Origin: a virus
DNA: 64,000 nt
Virus record (IMG/VR): IMGVR_UViG_3300021356_000002
Strand: one strand, 5' to 3'
Both the position numbers and the translations under genes were made by a program. A model generated the notes under the pieces. It made no database searches. It worked only from the letters and a program-made list of their open reading frames with translations, and was not told the origin of the DNA. Positions within the stretch are counted from its first letter, which is position 1. Every line of letters starts with the position of its first letter. Shown piece after piece: positions 8,538 through 18,840 of the stretch.

Positions 8538-9896
8538 TCAGGCGAGGATGTTGTCCACGCGGAAGATACGGTAGTACTGGTTAGTACGGTTAGACGCAAG
8601 ACCGTCTGCAGGCGAGCTACCCACGAATGGGTTAGAAGCCATGCCGTAACGAGTCTTAAAGCCGATCCGTGGCTGGAAGTCATTCTCGCCAACCGCACGT
8701 ACCATCTGGAGAGGTACGTATGGGCAGTAGAATACGCCAGCGTCATATGGGTTAGTACCCTTGTAGCCAACAGTTACGTAGTCAGCAACGGCATACGGAT
8801 CGATGTAGACGCGAGTACGTCCGTTCAGTACACCAGCGAAGGTGTTACCAGTGTCATCGACTTGCAGGTTAGTGCTGAGTGCAGGAGCGTAGTCGAGCAT
8901 ACCAGCCGCAACAAGTGCAGTAGCAACATCAGAAGAACAAACGATGATGTTGCCCTTACCGCGACGAGTTTCTTTCGCGATTACGTTCGCTTCGCGCTCA
9001 AGTTGAACCAACAGACCCTTGAACTTCTCAACAGACCAACGACCATCTGCGTCAGTGCTAAGATCGAAGATACCAGCAGTCTGGAGACCAGCTTGTCGGC
9101 AACCAATCTTGGCTTGAGCATTGATAGTACGGATGATCTCGCGGTTGATTTCGGCGAGGATCTCAGTAGACAGAATGTTAGCCAGCTCTGTCTCAGCGTC
9201 AAGACCGTGAATTGCCTTCAAGTCTTGAGCCAGTTCAAGGCTGTATTCTGCTTTCAGCGCACGAGACTTTGCAGTCACGGTTGCCTTCTCGATGGTGAAG
9301 CCCATCTCTGCAAATGCAGAACCGGTAGAACCGAGTGCTTCAGCATCAGCAGTTGGCATAGCACCGCCAACGCTTGGTACGTAAGACGAACCAGAGTCAA
9401 CGATAGAAGAGTCATCGTCCGTATCGCTTACGCCAGACAGACCAGAAGGACCGCCAGACTGAGATACAGAAGAGTCGCCTGAGAACGGAGTGATTGCTTC
9501 GTTGAACAATGCTTCGTCACCAGTCGTTGCACCACCACGAGTAGTCTTGTAGTTGCTCTTCATAGCGAAGATCAAACCAGTAGGACCAGTCATGGGCTGA
9601 ACGCCTGCGAGATCGTAAGCCATGAGGTTAGGCATAGCGCGACGAACCAGAGCGATCAGTACGGGGTTCCAGTTAGCACCAGTTACGCCAGCCGCGGCGC
9701 CAGTTGCGCTGAAGTTGGTGTTAGTGGGTGCTTCGTTAATGATTCCGGCTTCTTCACGGAATGCTTGCTCTTGGTTCTCAAGAACAGCCGCCGTTACAGC
9801 CTTACGGTGATGATCTTGGATCTCACCAGCAGACGTTTCCTCGAGAACTGGGCTCCACTTCTCGATGAGTTTGTCATAAGATACTTGAACAGTCAT
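8538..9896 (-). CDS. gp23: major capsid protein
   Basis: LVRRAMPNLMAYDLAGVQPMTGPTGLIFAM, KSRALKAEYSLELAQDLKAIHGLDAETELANILSTEILAEINRE, FQPRIGFKTRYG. Confidence 0.99.
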   Translation of the reverse strand: MTVQVSYDKLIEKWSPVLEETSAGEIQDHHRKAVTAAVLENQEQAFREEAGIINEAPTNTNFSATGAAAGVTGANWNPVLIALVRRAMPNLMAYDLAGVQPMTGPTGLIFAMKSNYKTTRGGATTGDEALFNEAITPFSGDSSVSQSGGPSGLSGVSDTDDDSSIVDSGSSYVPSVGGAMPTADAEALGSTGSAFAEMGFTIEKATVTAKSRALKAEYSLELAQDLKAIHGLDAETELANILSTEILAEINREIIRTINAQAKIGCRQAGLQTAGIFDLSTDADGRWSVEKFKGLLVQLEREANVIAKETRRGKGNIIVCSSDVATALVAAGMLDYAPALSTNLQVDDTGNTFAGVLNGRTRVYIDPYAVADYVTVGYKGTNPYDAGVFYCPYVPLQMVRAVGENDFQPRIGFKTRYGMASNPFVGSSPADGLASNRTNQYYRIFRVDNILA

Positions 9897-9907
9897 CTTA
9901 GTACTCC

Positions 9908-10945
9908 TTACTTATTAGATTTTTTGATGGCGGAAAGGTACATGTCCATCACAGAAGAAACTTCTTGTGTGCTTGTACCCCAGTCTTCAACAATCTCTTC
10001 TTCAGTCGCAGAAACTTCCTTCTTAAAGTAAGACTCCTTAACAGTCTTAACCTTCTGAGAGAAAGAATCTTCGTCTTCGAAATCAAGAGAATCTACCAAA
10101 GACTTTAGCTTTTCTACTTGAGTCTCAGCGAGATCACGAGAGGCTTCACGAATGATTGCCTCACGCTGATAAGTCTCAACGCGCTCAGACATTTCAAGCA
10201 TTGATGCAGTTTGAGTGTTAAGCTTTTCTTCAAGCTCTTCAACAGACTGCGCGAGTTCATCAACTAGGTCAACTTTAGACTCAGGAACTTCGATGTAAGA
10301 CTCAAGGAACAGATCCTTCAGTTTGCCCATGAAATCTTCAGCGATTTCAGTGCGCAAGCCAGTCTCAACAGCGAGTTTGTTTTCCTGCATCCAGTTCTCA
10401 ACAACGTAGTTGAGGTAGCTATCAACCTTCTCAACGAGGTCGGTGCGAGTAGCATCGAGTTCTTCGTCAAGTCGAGTTTGATATTCATCTTCTAAGCGTT
10501 CGATTTCCTCGGACAGCTTAGAACGAATAGCAGTTTCAAAGATCACAGCAGTTTTCGCTTTAAACTCATCAGACAAAGTTGCTTCGCTTTCTACAAGAGA
10601 GTCGAGTTCATCGGTGTACGAAAATTCGGGCAATTCAATTGCTTCGCCATCTTCGTCCACTTCAACACCTTCCATCTTGCTGTACACAGCATGAAGGTCT
10701 GCTTTTTTCATTGCAGACAGTTTGCCGTACATAGCGTTTAGCATTCCTGCTTTGGTCTTAGGCATCGGATCCTGCTTAGATTGATCCCCTTTACGAGCGG
10801 GAGCCTTCTTAACAGGAGCGTCAGTCTTATCTACAGACGCAATAGATTCGTCTTCTGTACCAACAGGCATCTTCTGAGCACTTGCTTCCTCGATTTGGTT
10901 GTCCTCATCGATAGGAAGCTCAACATTTTGGTCTAGATCAGACAT
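9908..10945 (-). CDS. gp22: prohead core scaffolding protein
   Basis: LSDEFKAKTAVIFETA, VDSYLNYVVENWMQENKLAVETGLRTEIAEDF; acidic coiled coil upstream of gp23. Confidence 0.95.
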   Translation of the reverse strand: MSDLDQNVELPIDEDNQIEEASAQKMPVGTEDESIASVDKTDAPVKKAPARKGDQSKQDPMPKTKAGMLNAMYGKLSAMKKADLHAVYSKMEGVEVDEDGEAIELPEFSYTDELDSLVESEATLSDEFKAKTAVIFETAIRSKLSEEIERLEDEYQTRLDEELDATRTDLVEKVDSYLNYVVENWMQENKLAVETGLRTEIAEDFMGKLKDLFLESYIEVPESKVDLVDELAQSVEELEEKLNTQTASMLEMSERVETYQREAIIREASRDLAETQVEKLKSLVDSLDFEDEDSFSQKVKTVKESYFKKEVSATEEEIVEDWGTSTQEVSSVMDMYLSAIKKSNK

Positions 10946-10950
10946 ATGTT

Positions 10951-11616
10951 TTACTCCTTAAAGTTTGATTTGAGCAACGAGAGGAAATTTTTGTACTCAC
11001 GAACTTGCGTCTCATAGAGATGCTTTGTCGGAGCCGATTTAATTTCAGTCTCCATTTTTTCAATTTCTTGTGCTTGAATAACACCGTTTTCCCAAACCCA
11101 CTCGACGCCTTCCATAATACCATTAACGAAGGCTGCCGGCGCAGACGGATCTTGTACGATATCGACAGTATTTAAAATAAAGTCTTCTCGTACGTACATA
11201 GTGCCATTCTTTTGCTCAAGACTACCCATGCCACGAGTTGACACGCCTAGTTGAACGCCACCATCAAGCAATCCCTTAACGATCTTGCCCATTGGAGTAT
11301 CCAATATTTGTGCCTTTCCTACCACATCATTGCCTTCGAATCGAAGATCAGTGATGAGGTGAGAAACTTTATCCAAGTTAACAGTAGGACCTTCGGGATG
11401 ATTCAGTTCACCCACAGCCCGCTTCTTGTTAACTTGTGTATCAACGTACGTTTTTACAGCTTTTTCCATAATGGGTCGAGGGTAAACACGTCCGTTTCTA
11501 TTTTTCTGTTCTGCTTGCGCGAAGATACCTTCAATCATATAAGACTTTTCTCCGCTCTCGTTCTTCTCAACAAGACACGTCAAATCGTTTTCATGATATT
11601 CGGTAATAAGTTTCAT
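10951..11616 (-). CDS. gp21: prohead protease
   Basis: IEGIFAQAEQKNRNGRVYP, GELNHP, GVSTRGMGSL, DIVQDPSAPAAFV. Confidence 0.97.
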   Translation of the reverse strand: MKLITEYHENDLTCLVEKNESGEKSYMIEGIFAQAEQKNRNGRVYPRPIMEKAVKTYVDTQVNKKRAVGELNHPEGPTVNLDKVSHLITDLRFEGNDVVGKAQILDTPMGKIVKGLLDGGVQLGVSTRGMGSLEQKNGTMYVREDFILNTVDIVQDPSAPAAFVNGIMEGVEWVWENGVIQAQEIEKMETEIKSAPTKHLYETQVREYKNFLSLLKSNFKE

Positions 11617-11823
11617 TTACATTTCCTTAGCGAAAGCTACACCCATCTTCTCAGCTTCTTTCTGAGAACGATAAGTGTCTAGTTTGTCACCGTCAATATA
11701 GACAGTGAATCCTTTTTTATCTTTGTGAATCATCACCGTGTGGCGATTCACTTTCTTATCGAAGACATGCTCACCTGCTGGCATTTTTTTCTTCGCTTCG
11801 CGGATGCTCTTAAACGTCTTCAT
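11617..11823 (-). CDS. small prohead core protein (gp68-like position)
   Basis: MKTFKSIREAKKK..., basic, immediately upstream of gp21. Start taken at the ATGA overlap at 11823. Confidence 0.6.
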   Translation of the reverse strand: MKTFKSIREAKKKMPAGEHVFDKKVNRHTVMIHKDKKGFTVYIDGDKLDTYRSQKEAEKMGVAFAKEM

Positions 11824-12464
11824 AAGTTTTCCAGTTTTATCAGAAACATATTCCATTCGCCTGAGATTTTGATTCTTCGTTCGGCTGTCTTGGTCAACCA
11901 AGCCCATTGCTCTTTTGACCAGTTGCCGTCTGACTCAACAATAATCGCACGTTTTGCGTATGGTTTAAATTTCTTCAACACCTCTTCTGTTCTGTGATGT
12001 GTATCCGCTTGATACACAGGAAAAAACCTATCTAAAATAACATGATCAAAATACGTTTTACAATTGCGTATTTCAAAATCATCACTTAAAATGTCATTAC
12101 ATCTGTAACTGATTTGAATGCCAAGCATGTCTCGTATCTTTTCACAGCACTCATATTGATAATCCCATTCGCATGAACTGATCGTCAACTGTTCGTGGTT
12201 CAATTTATTAGCATACTCTAAATGACCACATGCTGTTCCCATGTTCAAAAACGCTTCGGACTTTCCGACGTATTCTATGATACTTCTTACGATCATCTCT
12301 TTTAATTTGAGTTGATCTACATGTCCTCTTGCATTCATATATTGGACTGTGCTAAAATTGGCAGGCTTATCAATGTATCTGCCTTTGTTTCCCATCACTT
12401 CATAGAGATGGGCGTTAGCAACTTTTTCCAATAATTTAATTACTTTATCAGTTACCTTTGACAT
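11820..12464 (-). CDS. putative class I SAM-dependent methyltransferase
   Basis: Motif-I-like FLNMGTACGHLEY, acidic end of strand 2 (SSCEWD), FDHVIL; AT-rich relative to its neighbours. Confidence 0.55.
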   Translation of the reverse strand: MSKVTDKVIKLLEKVANAHLYEVMGNKGRYIDKPANFSTVQYMNARGHVDQLKLKEMIVRSIIEYVGKSEAFLNMGTACGHLEYANKLNHEQLTISSCEWDYQYECCEKIRDMLGIQISYRCNDILSDDFEIRNCKTYFDHVILDRFFPVYQADTHHRTEEVLKKFKPYAKRAIIVESDGNWSKEQWAWLTKTAERRIKISGEWNMFLIKLENL

Positions 12465-12480
12465 TTTGTCTCGTGTTATT

Positions 12481-12488
12481 TATTTATA
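12481..12488 (-). promoter_or_regulatory. T4 late promoter TATAAATA
   Basis: Exact match upstream of the methyltransferase-like ORF. Confidence 0.8.
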
Positions 12489-12500
12489 AAATAATGATTT

Positions 12501-12860
12501 TTAAACAGGCGCAACGAGGTCTTCCTCGTCATCGTCTTCCACTTCAAGTTCTTCCTCATCATCGATTTCTAAGTCTAAATCGTCGAGACTAACTTCTTCG
12601 TCATCAAGTTCTAATTCAGGCTCTTCTACTTCTTCAGCCTCCTCTGACTCCTCTGGCTCTTGACCAAGAGACGCCGCAATTCTTGCTTTGGCTTGATCCA
12701 AAGTATCTTGCAAACGATCACCGACCATATCATTAAACTGTCGCTCAGCCTGAGTGAAGTTTTGATCTTCAATCGCTTTCAAAAAATCTTCAACTGGCTT
12801 AGAGTCAGTTTCAATAGGTTCTGCTTGCAGTTCATCAACTACTACATCTTCGTCAGACAT
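12501..12860 (-). CDS. acidic prohead core protein (gp67-like)
   Basis: Highly acidic, directly downstream of the portal gene with a TAATG overlap. Confidence 0.7.
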   Translation of the reverse strand: MSDEDVVVDELQAEPIETDSKPVEDFLKAIEDQNFTQAERQFNDMVGDRLQDTLDQAKARIAASLGQEPEESEEAEEVEEPELELDDEEVSLDDLDLEIDDEEELEVEDDDEEDLVAPV

Positions 12861-14446
12861 TATTTTTCCTCATCTTTTGGTTCATCGGGAACAACTTGAA
12901 CAGGTACAGGCTTAGGCGCCTCGGGTTCTTGTTGTTCTTCGTCATCTTTATCTTCAATTTCGCCGTCTTTGGTTTCTTGATCGATCTCTTTTTTCATCGC
13001 TTCTAGATCATCGTCGGTCATACGTAAGACGTTACGCATAACCCATTCTTTCGAATAGTACTCACCAACAAACTGAGTAATTTCATTCATAATGCCGATG
13101 CGTTCGCGAAGAATCTCCATTTCTTTCAGTTCGGTAAAGTGGTTGTCTTTTACGAAGTCAACATAGATGTTGTCTTTCCACTCTTCCCAATCTTGCTCAG
13201 TGATAATACCTTTGAGCATGAGTTGTTTCTTGAGAATACCCAAGAATACCCAAGAGAATCGTCTGCGAAGCCGATCAATGAATTTTTGGAACTTAACCTC
13301 ATCTCTAGAAATTTCAGTCGATCTGCCGAGCGAGAACTGTGCTTCTTGCTCTAAACGATTCACTGGGACATTCAGAGAGCGATACAGTCGCTTCTGGAAA
13401 TAGATGATGTCATCTATCTGTCCCAGATTCTCGCCGCCTGGCAGTGTTGTGATCTCTGTTCCACGTCCGTTCTCTCGGCGTGGCAGCCAGAAGTCTTCAA
13501 GCATTGACATGTGCTTGCGATCATCTTTGATCTGACCAGTGTTTGCATCGTACACTAATTTGTTTCGATACTTCGACATGATGTCAGACATATACTGCTC
13601 GGCTTTACCACGAGGCAGAGAGCCTACATCAATGTAAAAGATTCGACGTTCGGGTGCACGTGCGAGACGATAGATGACCAACGAGTCTTCCATCATGCGC
13701 AACTGGTTAATAGGCTTCAGTGCCTTATGAAGATGCGAAACAACTTTCTTTTTTGTCTCATCCAACAGACCACTAGTGACATAACTGATCGAGTCATTAG
13801 ACAGTTTTACACCAGTTTGCGTGTTGCCTGGCTTGTCTTCGTAGATGTAGTATTCATCAACTTTGTCTACGACCTTAACGCCAGTTGCTGGATCTTTCTT
13901 GTACTTGACTTCACGCACTTTTCGAATGCGAGTTGAGTCGATGTTTCGAATCTCTTGAATGCCTGCTTTTGGCTGTGCGTCATTGACAAGAAGGTGATGA
14001 TAAATGCGACCGTCTACGTACCAAGACCTAAAGATTTCGTGACCGATCTCATTGAATCGGAGCATACCGATAATGTTTTCAAACTCTTCACGAATCTGCT
14101 CTTTGATCTTTTCACCAGCTTCAATGTCATCAAGTGAAATTTCTACAGAAGATGATAGTTCAGAAGCAGAAATGCCTTCGTTGACGATTTCGTCAATTGC
14201 CATATCTACTTCAGGATGCATGGCTACACCACGATAGCGCAAAACGAGATGATGGTTGTCTTTCGACTCATCTCCATCCATATTAATGTACTGACCAAAA
14301 TGACCCGCCGTCGCAGTTACATAACCCGCGCCGTCAGCGTCAGTTGGAGGGACAATAGACTGTAACTTCTCTTTGTCCTTTTCGTCTTTTTTGGCTCGCT
14401 TAATTTCGAAGCCAAAAATTTTCAATGTGTTTACGTTATCTGCCAT
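12860..14446 (-). CDS. gp20: portal protein
   Basis: WYVDGRIY, NQLRMMEDSLVIYRLARAPERRIFYIDVG, EDFWLPRRENGRGTEITTLPGG. Confidence 0.99.
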   Translation of the reverse strand: MADNVNTLKIFGFEIKRAKKDEKDKEKLQSIVPPTDADGAGYVTATAGHFGQYINMDGDESKDNHHLVLRYRGVAMHPEVDMAIDEIVNEGISASELSSSVEISLDDIEAGEKIKEQIREEFENIIGMLRFNEIGHEIFRSWYVDGRIYHHLLVNDAQPKAGIQEIRNIDSTRIRKVREVKYKKDPATGVKVVDKVDEYYIYEDKPGNTQTGVKLSNDSISYVTSGLLDETKKKVVSHLHKALKPINQLRMMEDSLVIYRLARAPERRIFYIDVGSLPRGKAEQYMSDIMSKYRNKLVYDANTGQIKDDRKHMSMLEDFWLPRRENGRGTEITTLPGGENLGQIDDIIYFQKRLYRSLNVPVNRLEQEAQFSLGRSTEISRDEVKFQKFIDRLRRRFSWVFLGILKKQLMLKGIITEQDWEEWKDNIYVDFVKDNHFTELKEMEILRERIGIMNEITQFVGEYYSKEWVMRNVLRMTDDDLEAMKKEIDQETKDGEIEDKDDEEQQEPEAPKPVPVQVVPDEPKDEEK

Positions 14447-14454
14447 ACGTATTC

Positions 14455-14494
14455 CTAAAAAATTATATAAGGGAGCCCGAAGACTCCCTTATAT
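14455..14494 (-). terminator. hairpin/terminator after gp19
   Basis: Minus strand ATATAAGGGAGTC-TTCG-GGCTCCCTTATAT followed by AATTTTTT; UUCG tetraloop. Confidence 0.75.
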
Positions 14495-14505
14495 TTAGTA
14501 CACCA

Positions 14506-15033
14506 TTAAGATGTCGTATTGCTTTCCCAATACTGATACGAGAACGTGATATCAAACGTTTCGATCTGATCTCTCTGATCGTAGTCAAGAGTGATTGGTC
14601 CAACAACCGTTGGAAATGCACCTCTAAACGTGTAACGCTTGATTACAGACTCATCACGATCCAACTGATCTACAAGCAGGTCTGCTTGATAGTCAACTGG
14701 ATTCGTCAAGCCAGTATTTGCACTGTGCGCGTTGATGCCGTTCATCCATCGCTCAAACGAATCACGAATGGTAAAGTCAGTATCGTTAATGATAGTAACA
14801 GTCCAATCTTCGAATGTGCGATCACCCGCAACCTTTAGTTCACGACCGCGAAACGGTACTGCAAACGAGTTGGTTGAAGACTGAGGCAACTGCGCAGTTT
14901 TGCAAAGAAACGATGTCAATTCGACATCGCCTCCTGCGTACGCTGGAAAGTTGAGTGTCGCCTTGAACAGATTTGGTCTAGCGCCACCACCTCTCAGCTT
15001 TGACTTGAAGTCATCTACTCCTAAAATAGCCAT
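14506..15033 (-). CDS. gp19: tail tube protein
   Basis: GGGARPNLF, VPFRGRELKVAGDRTFEDWTVTIINDTDF. Confidence 0.97.
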   Translation of the reverse strand: MAILGVDDFKSKLRGGGARPNLFKATLNFPAYAGGDVELTSFLCKTAQLPQSSTNSFAVPFRGRELKVAGDRTFEDWTVTIINDTDFTIRDSFERWMNGINAHSANTGLTNPVDYQADLLVDQLDRDESVIKRYTFRGAFPTVVGPITLDYDQRDQIETFDITFSYQYWESNTTS

Positions 15034-15051
15034 TAGTTATTCTCCTTGCGC

Positions 15052-16794
15052 TTAAACCAGTCCAACGACTTCATCAAAGTCTACACCAGTTCTAACTGCT
15101 ACGAAGTTCAGTGTTACGTAGTTGATAGAACGTGCAGGCTTAATAAAGACCGATGCGACAAATTGATTGTTATCAATGATGTTTGGAGTGTTGTTTGTTT
15201 CGTCACACACCACTCTAAAATCAGTGATACCCCGTCGACCCTTAATCTCTCTCAAGAAAGGCTCGATAATATTAACGAATTCCGCACGAGTGAATTCATC
15301 ATTGAATTCGAACATAACGTTCTGTGCGGCGCCTTTGATTGCTCGCTCGATCACCAAGAAGAGGCGACGAACGTTGATGCGATCAAATGCTGAAGGACGA
15401 CCTAACTTAGTCTTATCTCCGTACAACAAGATTCCTTGACCTGGCAAGTTAACAATTGGGTTAACACTGGCTTTATACAAAGTATCTCTTTGAGCCTTAG
15501 CGGGATTGTACGCTAGAGAAGTTACTCCGAAGTATTGTCCTCTCCTAGAGCCTGCTGGCGAGAACCACGGATCTGCATTCAGATCAGTAGATGCCATCAC
15601 ACCCGCTGTTGCGGCTGCGGCAGGAATGTTTACATACTCATCGTTATACTTATCGTATACTTTCAAGTAGTTGCCATCGACAATCAGGTAAGAAGAAGCA
15701 TTTAGCGTATTTGCCCAAGCCGCAGTTGCAGTAGCAATTACACTGGTATTTGAGCCTTGTCCTGTCACAATCGATGAAGGTGGTGAAGTCACAACAACAC
15801 AATCTTTACGTGTTACCGCTTGTGCAGTCAATGTGTTAGCCATTGTTCTACAGTCAGCACTGTCAACAACTTCTGGTGCAACTAAGAAATCCACTTGAAT
15901 TACGTCAGGATCGTTATACTCACCAAAACTGATCAGATAATTGTTTATATCTGGATTAGCCGCTCTACCGCGATCAAGAGAGTAAGTACCAACTTGACCT
16001 GACGCTGAGCCTGTGAACGATGCCGCACTCGTAATTCCTGGGAACGCATCTGACAAGTTAGGTGCCCAAACATACTCGGACTGATTGTTCAGAACGTTTT
16101 GAATAAAGTTAGTTGAACCATTGTCAGTTTTAGCGTCCGTTGCCAGAGAAAGATAAGAATACTTTTCTAGCACTGTTCCTGGCGTTCCTGTGATTTTACC
16201 ATCCTCATCGAGAATGATACAGTGAACTTCGTCGCCAACTTCAGAGTCAGCCGCAAAGCCGTAGCCTGCTACGTTAGCAGATGATCTTGGCGGACCATCA
16301 AACAGTGTAGAGATATCAGCGCCGTCAACAGTCCAGTTGTTAAACGCACTATCAGCTTCGCTATATGGGCACATTGAAATCTTAAGGCTGTTACCTAAAG
16401 TGCCAGGATATTTTGCGATAACATAGTTGTTTAGAGTGGTAATGCTACGCGCATCCCAATCATCACGATTTTTAATCAACACCTGATCAGCACCAGCCGC
16501 GATTGCGTTTTGTGCTGAATCGTCTACGGTACGTGTTACGTACGCGCTACTTGAATACTTCAAAAACATTGAAGCAGAGAGAAAATCCGATACTGCCGCC
16601 GCAGAATCGTTAGAAGGAGATCCAAATTGCGAAGCCAATTCTGCTTCAGTACTTACCAGAATAGGCTGATCGGCTGGACCCCAGTTAAAGTCTCCTACAA
16701 ACGCTCCCGTTGAAGAAGTAACTGCCGGCACTACACCAGACAGATCGAATTCCTTCACGGTAATGTTGGGAGACTCAGATGGTAGTAATGCCAT
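15052..16794 (-). CDS. gp18: tail sheath protein
   Basis: SPNITVKEFDLS, FNWGP, PWFSPAGSRRG, SAFDRINVRRLF, IKPARSINYVTLNFVA. Confidence 0.98.
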   Translation of the reverse strand: MALLPSESPNITVKEFDLSGVVPAVTSSTGAFVGDFNWGPADQPILVSTEAELASQFGSPSNDSAAAVSDFLSASMFLKYSSSAYVTRTVDDSAQNAIAAGADQVLIKNRDDWDARSITTLNNYVIAKYPGTLGNSLKISMCPYSEADSAFNNWTVDGADISTLFDGPPRSSANVAGYGFAADSEVGDEVHCIILDEDGKITGTPGTVLEKYSYLSLATDAKTDNGSTNFIQNVLNNQSEYVWAPNLSDAFPGITSAASFTGSASGQVGTYSLDRGRAANPDINNYLISFGEYNDPDVIQVDFLVAPEVVDSADCRTMANTLTAQAVTRKDCVVVTSPPSSIVTGQGSNTSVIATATAAWANTLNASSYLIVDGNYLKVYDKYNDEYVNIPAAAATAGVMASTDLNADPWFSPAGSRRGQYFGVTSLAYNPAKAQRDTLYKASVNPIVNLPGQGILLYGDKTKLGRPSAFDRINVRRLFLVIERAIKGAAQNVMFEFNDEFTRAEFVNIIEPFLREIKGRRGITDFRVVCDETNNTPNIIDNNQFVASVFIKPARSINYVTLNFVAVRTGVDFDEVVGLV

Positions 16795-16858
16795 GGTCGT
16801 GTCCTTTTTTTCGTTAATATATGATAAGAGAACATAATACGGATAATTTCAATGTATT

Positions 16859-16866
16859 TATTTATA
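16859..16866 (-). promoter_or_regulatory. T4 late promoter TATAAATA
   Basis: Exact match upstream of gp18. Confidence 0.8.
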
Positions 16867-16879
16867 AATTACCTGTTTT

Positions 16880-18484
16880 TCAGTACGGTTCGTCCCATGT
16901 TAACTGCCAGGGTTCGTACTTCATACGTTCTCTGTCTTCGATCTCTTGAATGGCACTAGACCCATCATCAACAAATCCAAACGGCACTACATCTTCTTCG
17001 ATACGTCTCATCTGCTGTTCAAACATCATCTGCTTAAGATTGATGTCTGTCATGTCTGAGAACATCTGTGTCGATATAAAGTAACCGAGCATCACTAAGT
17101 TCATCATCAAATCGTCATGATTGCCATCAGCGGCTTCGTAAGACTGTCCTTTTGAAACAAACGTAGAAATCTCTAAGATAGTATCATCGTCAACGATATC
17201 TAATTTGTTGTTTTCAAGAAGGTCTTTGATGCCAGAACAACCAAGACGTTTTGTCTTTCGTGTCATTTCAATGCCAACAGCATTTGCTTTGACTGTTGAC
17301 TCCACGTGAACATTTTCGTATTCTAGATCATAATACAAACCTCTACAAACTACGCTACCCTGGTCATTTGATTCAACGATCACATATGCGTTGTTGTAGA
17401 CTTTCGCAAACTTATAGATAATGTCTGGGAAGAGTATTGGAGAAATAGTATTGTTCCGATACACAGCGACCTGTTTGAAGGGTCGCACAGATATATCGAT
17501 TACGTTAAACGTCGAATAGTCCTGTCCTCTTCCTTTTGCTACGTCGACCATCATGAGATATTCGTGATTCTTTGATGTTTCTTCGTAGATTTTTACATCA
17601 CCGCCCTCAAGCATTTTGAGTGGTGGCATTGATCTTAGATTAAGCAGTGTTTCTGCATTGATCAGTGTATCGCCCGTTCCGAAAAACGTATTGCCAAATT
17701 CTTGATCGAACTGCATCTGTGACGTGTTCGAAATTGTCTGCTTCTTCCACTCTTCATCACGTCCTGGCACGTCCCACCAATTAACTGTAAAGGCTTGATA
17801 TTCGTTGATCTTTTGTACAGCGCCTTCCCAGATTTTGTGAAACGTATTACCGATACCGTTAGCGGTAGATGTTATGATAACTTTTGTATCTTTACCAGCA
17901 GAGATTACCGGATATGTCGAGGTATAAAACTCACTAGCTCTTTCAACAAAAGCAAACTCGTCAAGAAACAGTAGATTGACAGACATACCACGAATAGAAC
18001 TGCCTGAAGTAGCAGAAGCAATAATGCGAGAATTATTTGAAAACTCAATACTACCTTTGTTGAGAGCGCGGCAGCCAGGTTGTAAAAAGAAGGGTAAGTT
18101 TTCAAGAGCCAACGTGACCCGTGCAAGCATTTCTCTTGCAGTTGCGCCTTTGTTGGCAAGCACCGCAATCGTTTTCTCAGGATGGAATATAGCGTACCAA
18201 AGTAAGTAAACAACTGACGAAATACTTTTACCAGACTGACGACAAGCCAAGACGATAGAAAACCGATTATCGTTAAAATGGTTGAACATTTTTTCTTGAT
18301 ATGGGTATAGGTCAAAGTTGACAAGTCCTTTATCAAGTGATATAATCTTTACGTAAGTCTTTGCAAAATATGCAGGATCTTTCATGCACTTCGCGTACTC
18401 TAGCACTTCATGCTGAGTCCACTCTTGCTGTACTCCATCACGTTTTACATTGACATTACCTAGATAATGTTCATGGTCACTCAT
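16880..18484 (-). CDS. gp17: terminase large subunit
   Basis: RQSGKS Walker A, LFLDEFAF Walker B, ITSTANG, DVAKGRGQDYS, HDDLMM. Start taken at MSDHEHYLGN. Confidence 0.98.
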   Translation of the reverse strand: MSDHEHYLGNVNVKRDGVQQEWTQHEVLEYAKCMKDPAYFAKTYVKIISLDKGLVNFDLYPYQEKMFNHFNDNRFSIVLACRQSGKSISSVVYLLWYAIFHPEKTIAVLANKGATAREMLARVTLALENLPFFLQPGCRALNKGSIEFSNNSRIIASATSGSSIRGMSVNLLFLDEFAFVERASEFYTSTYPVISAGKDTKVIITSTANGIGNTFHKIWEGAVQKINEYQAFTVNWWDVPGRDEEWKKQTISNTSQMQFDQEFGNTFFGTGDTLINAETLLNLRSMPPLKMLEGGDVKIYEETSKNHEYLMMVDVAKGRGQDYSTFNVIDISVRPFKQVAVYRNNTISPILFPDIIYKFAKVYNNAYVIVESNDQGSVVCRGLYYDLEYENVHVESTVKANAVGIEMTRKTKRLGCSGIKDLLENNKLDIVDDDTILEISTFVSKGQSYEAADGNHDDLMMNLVMLGYFISTQMFSDMTDINLKQMMFEQQMRRIEEDVVPFGFVDDGSSAIQEIEDRERMKYEPWQLTWDEPY

Positions 18485-18827
18485 TCGATGGGCTAACATC
18501 AATCACCTTTTCATCTTCGCTTTGTTGCAACAAACGTTGCAGATCAGTAGTACTTCCTATAAAAACATTATTATTGGTAATTGCTTTAGGCTCTTCTTTT
18601 TCTTGCGTTATGTCTTTGGTCTTCTTATTTAGTTCCATCAATTTATCGTTGACATCTGAGATGTTTTTGATCATGTTCGACAGAACTTCAAAAGCTCTAG
18701 GATGTTCAGACTCACGAGCAACCTCAATCATCAGATCGAGTGATTCTCTTCCCTTATCAATCAACTCGTAATAAGTTGAGCGAGAATAATCGTAGTCCGA
18801 TTTAATATTAGGATCATCTTTTTTCAT
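18477..18827 (-). CDS. gp16: terminase small subunit
   Basis: DYDYSR, ARESEHPRAFEV, NNNVFIGSTTDLQRLL. Confidence 0.95.
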   Translation of the reverse strand: MKKDDPNIKSDYDYSRSTYYELIDKGRESLDLMIEVARESEHPRAFEVLSNMIKNISDVNDKLMELNKKTKDITQEKEEPKAITNNNVFIGSTTDLQRLLQQSEDEKVIDVSPSNE

Positions 18828-18840
18828 ACTACGGCCCTAT

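Noticed and set aside
7025-8538. Absence of gp24/hoc/soc next to gp23 as an anomaly
   Set aside because: This is the normal arrangement in marine T4-like phages, and such genes could lie outside the window.
4658-18484. Introns, inteins or homing endonucleases in uvsW, gp23, gp20, gp17
   Set aside because: All are of normal length and uninterrupted; no splicing or endonuclease motifs were seen.
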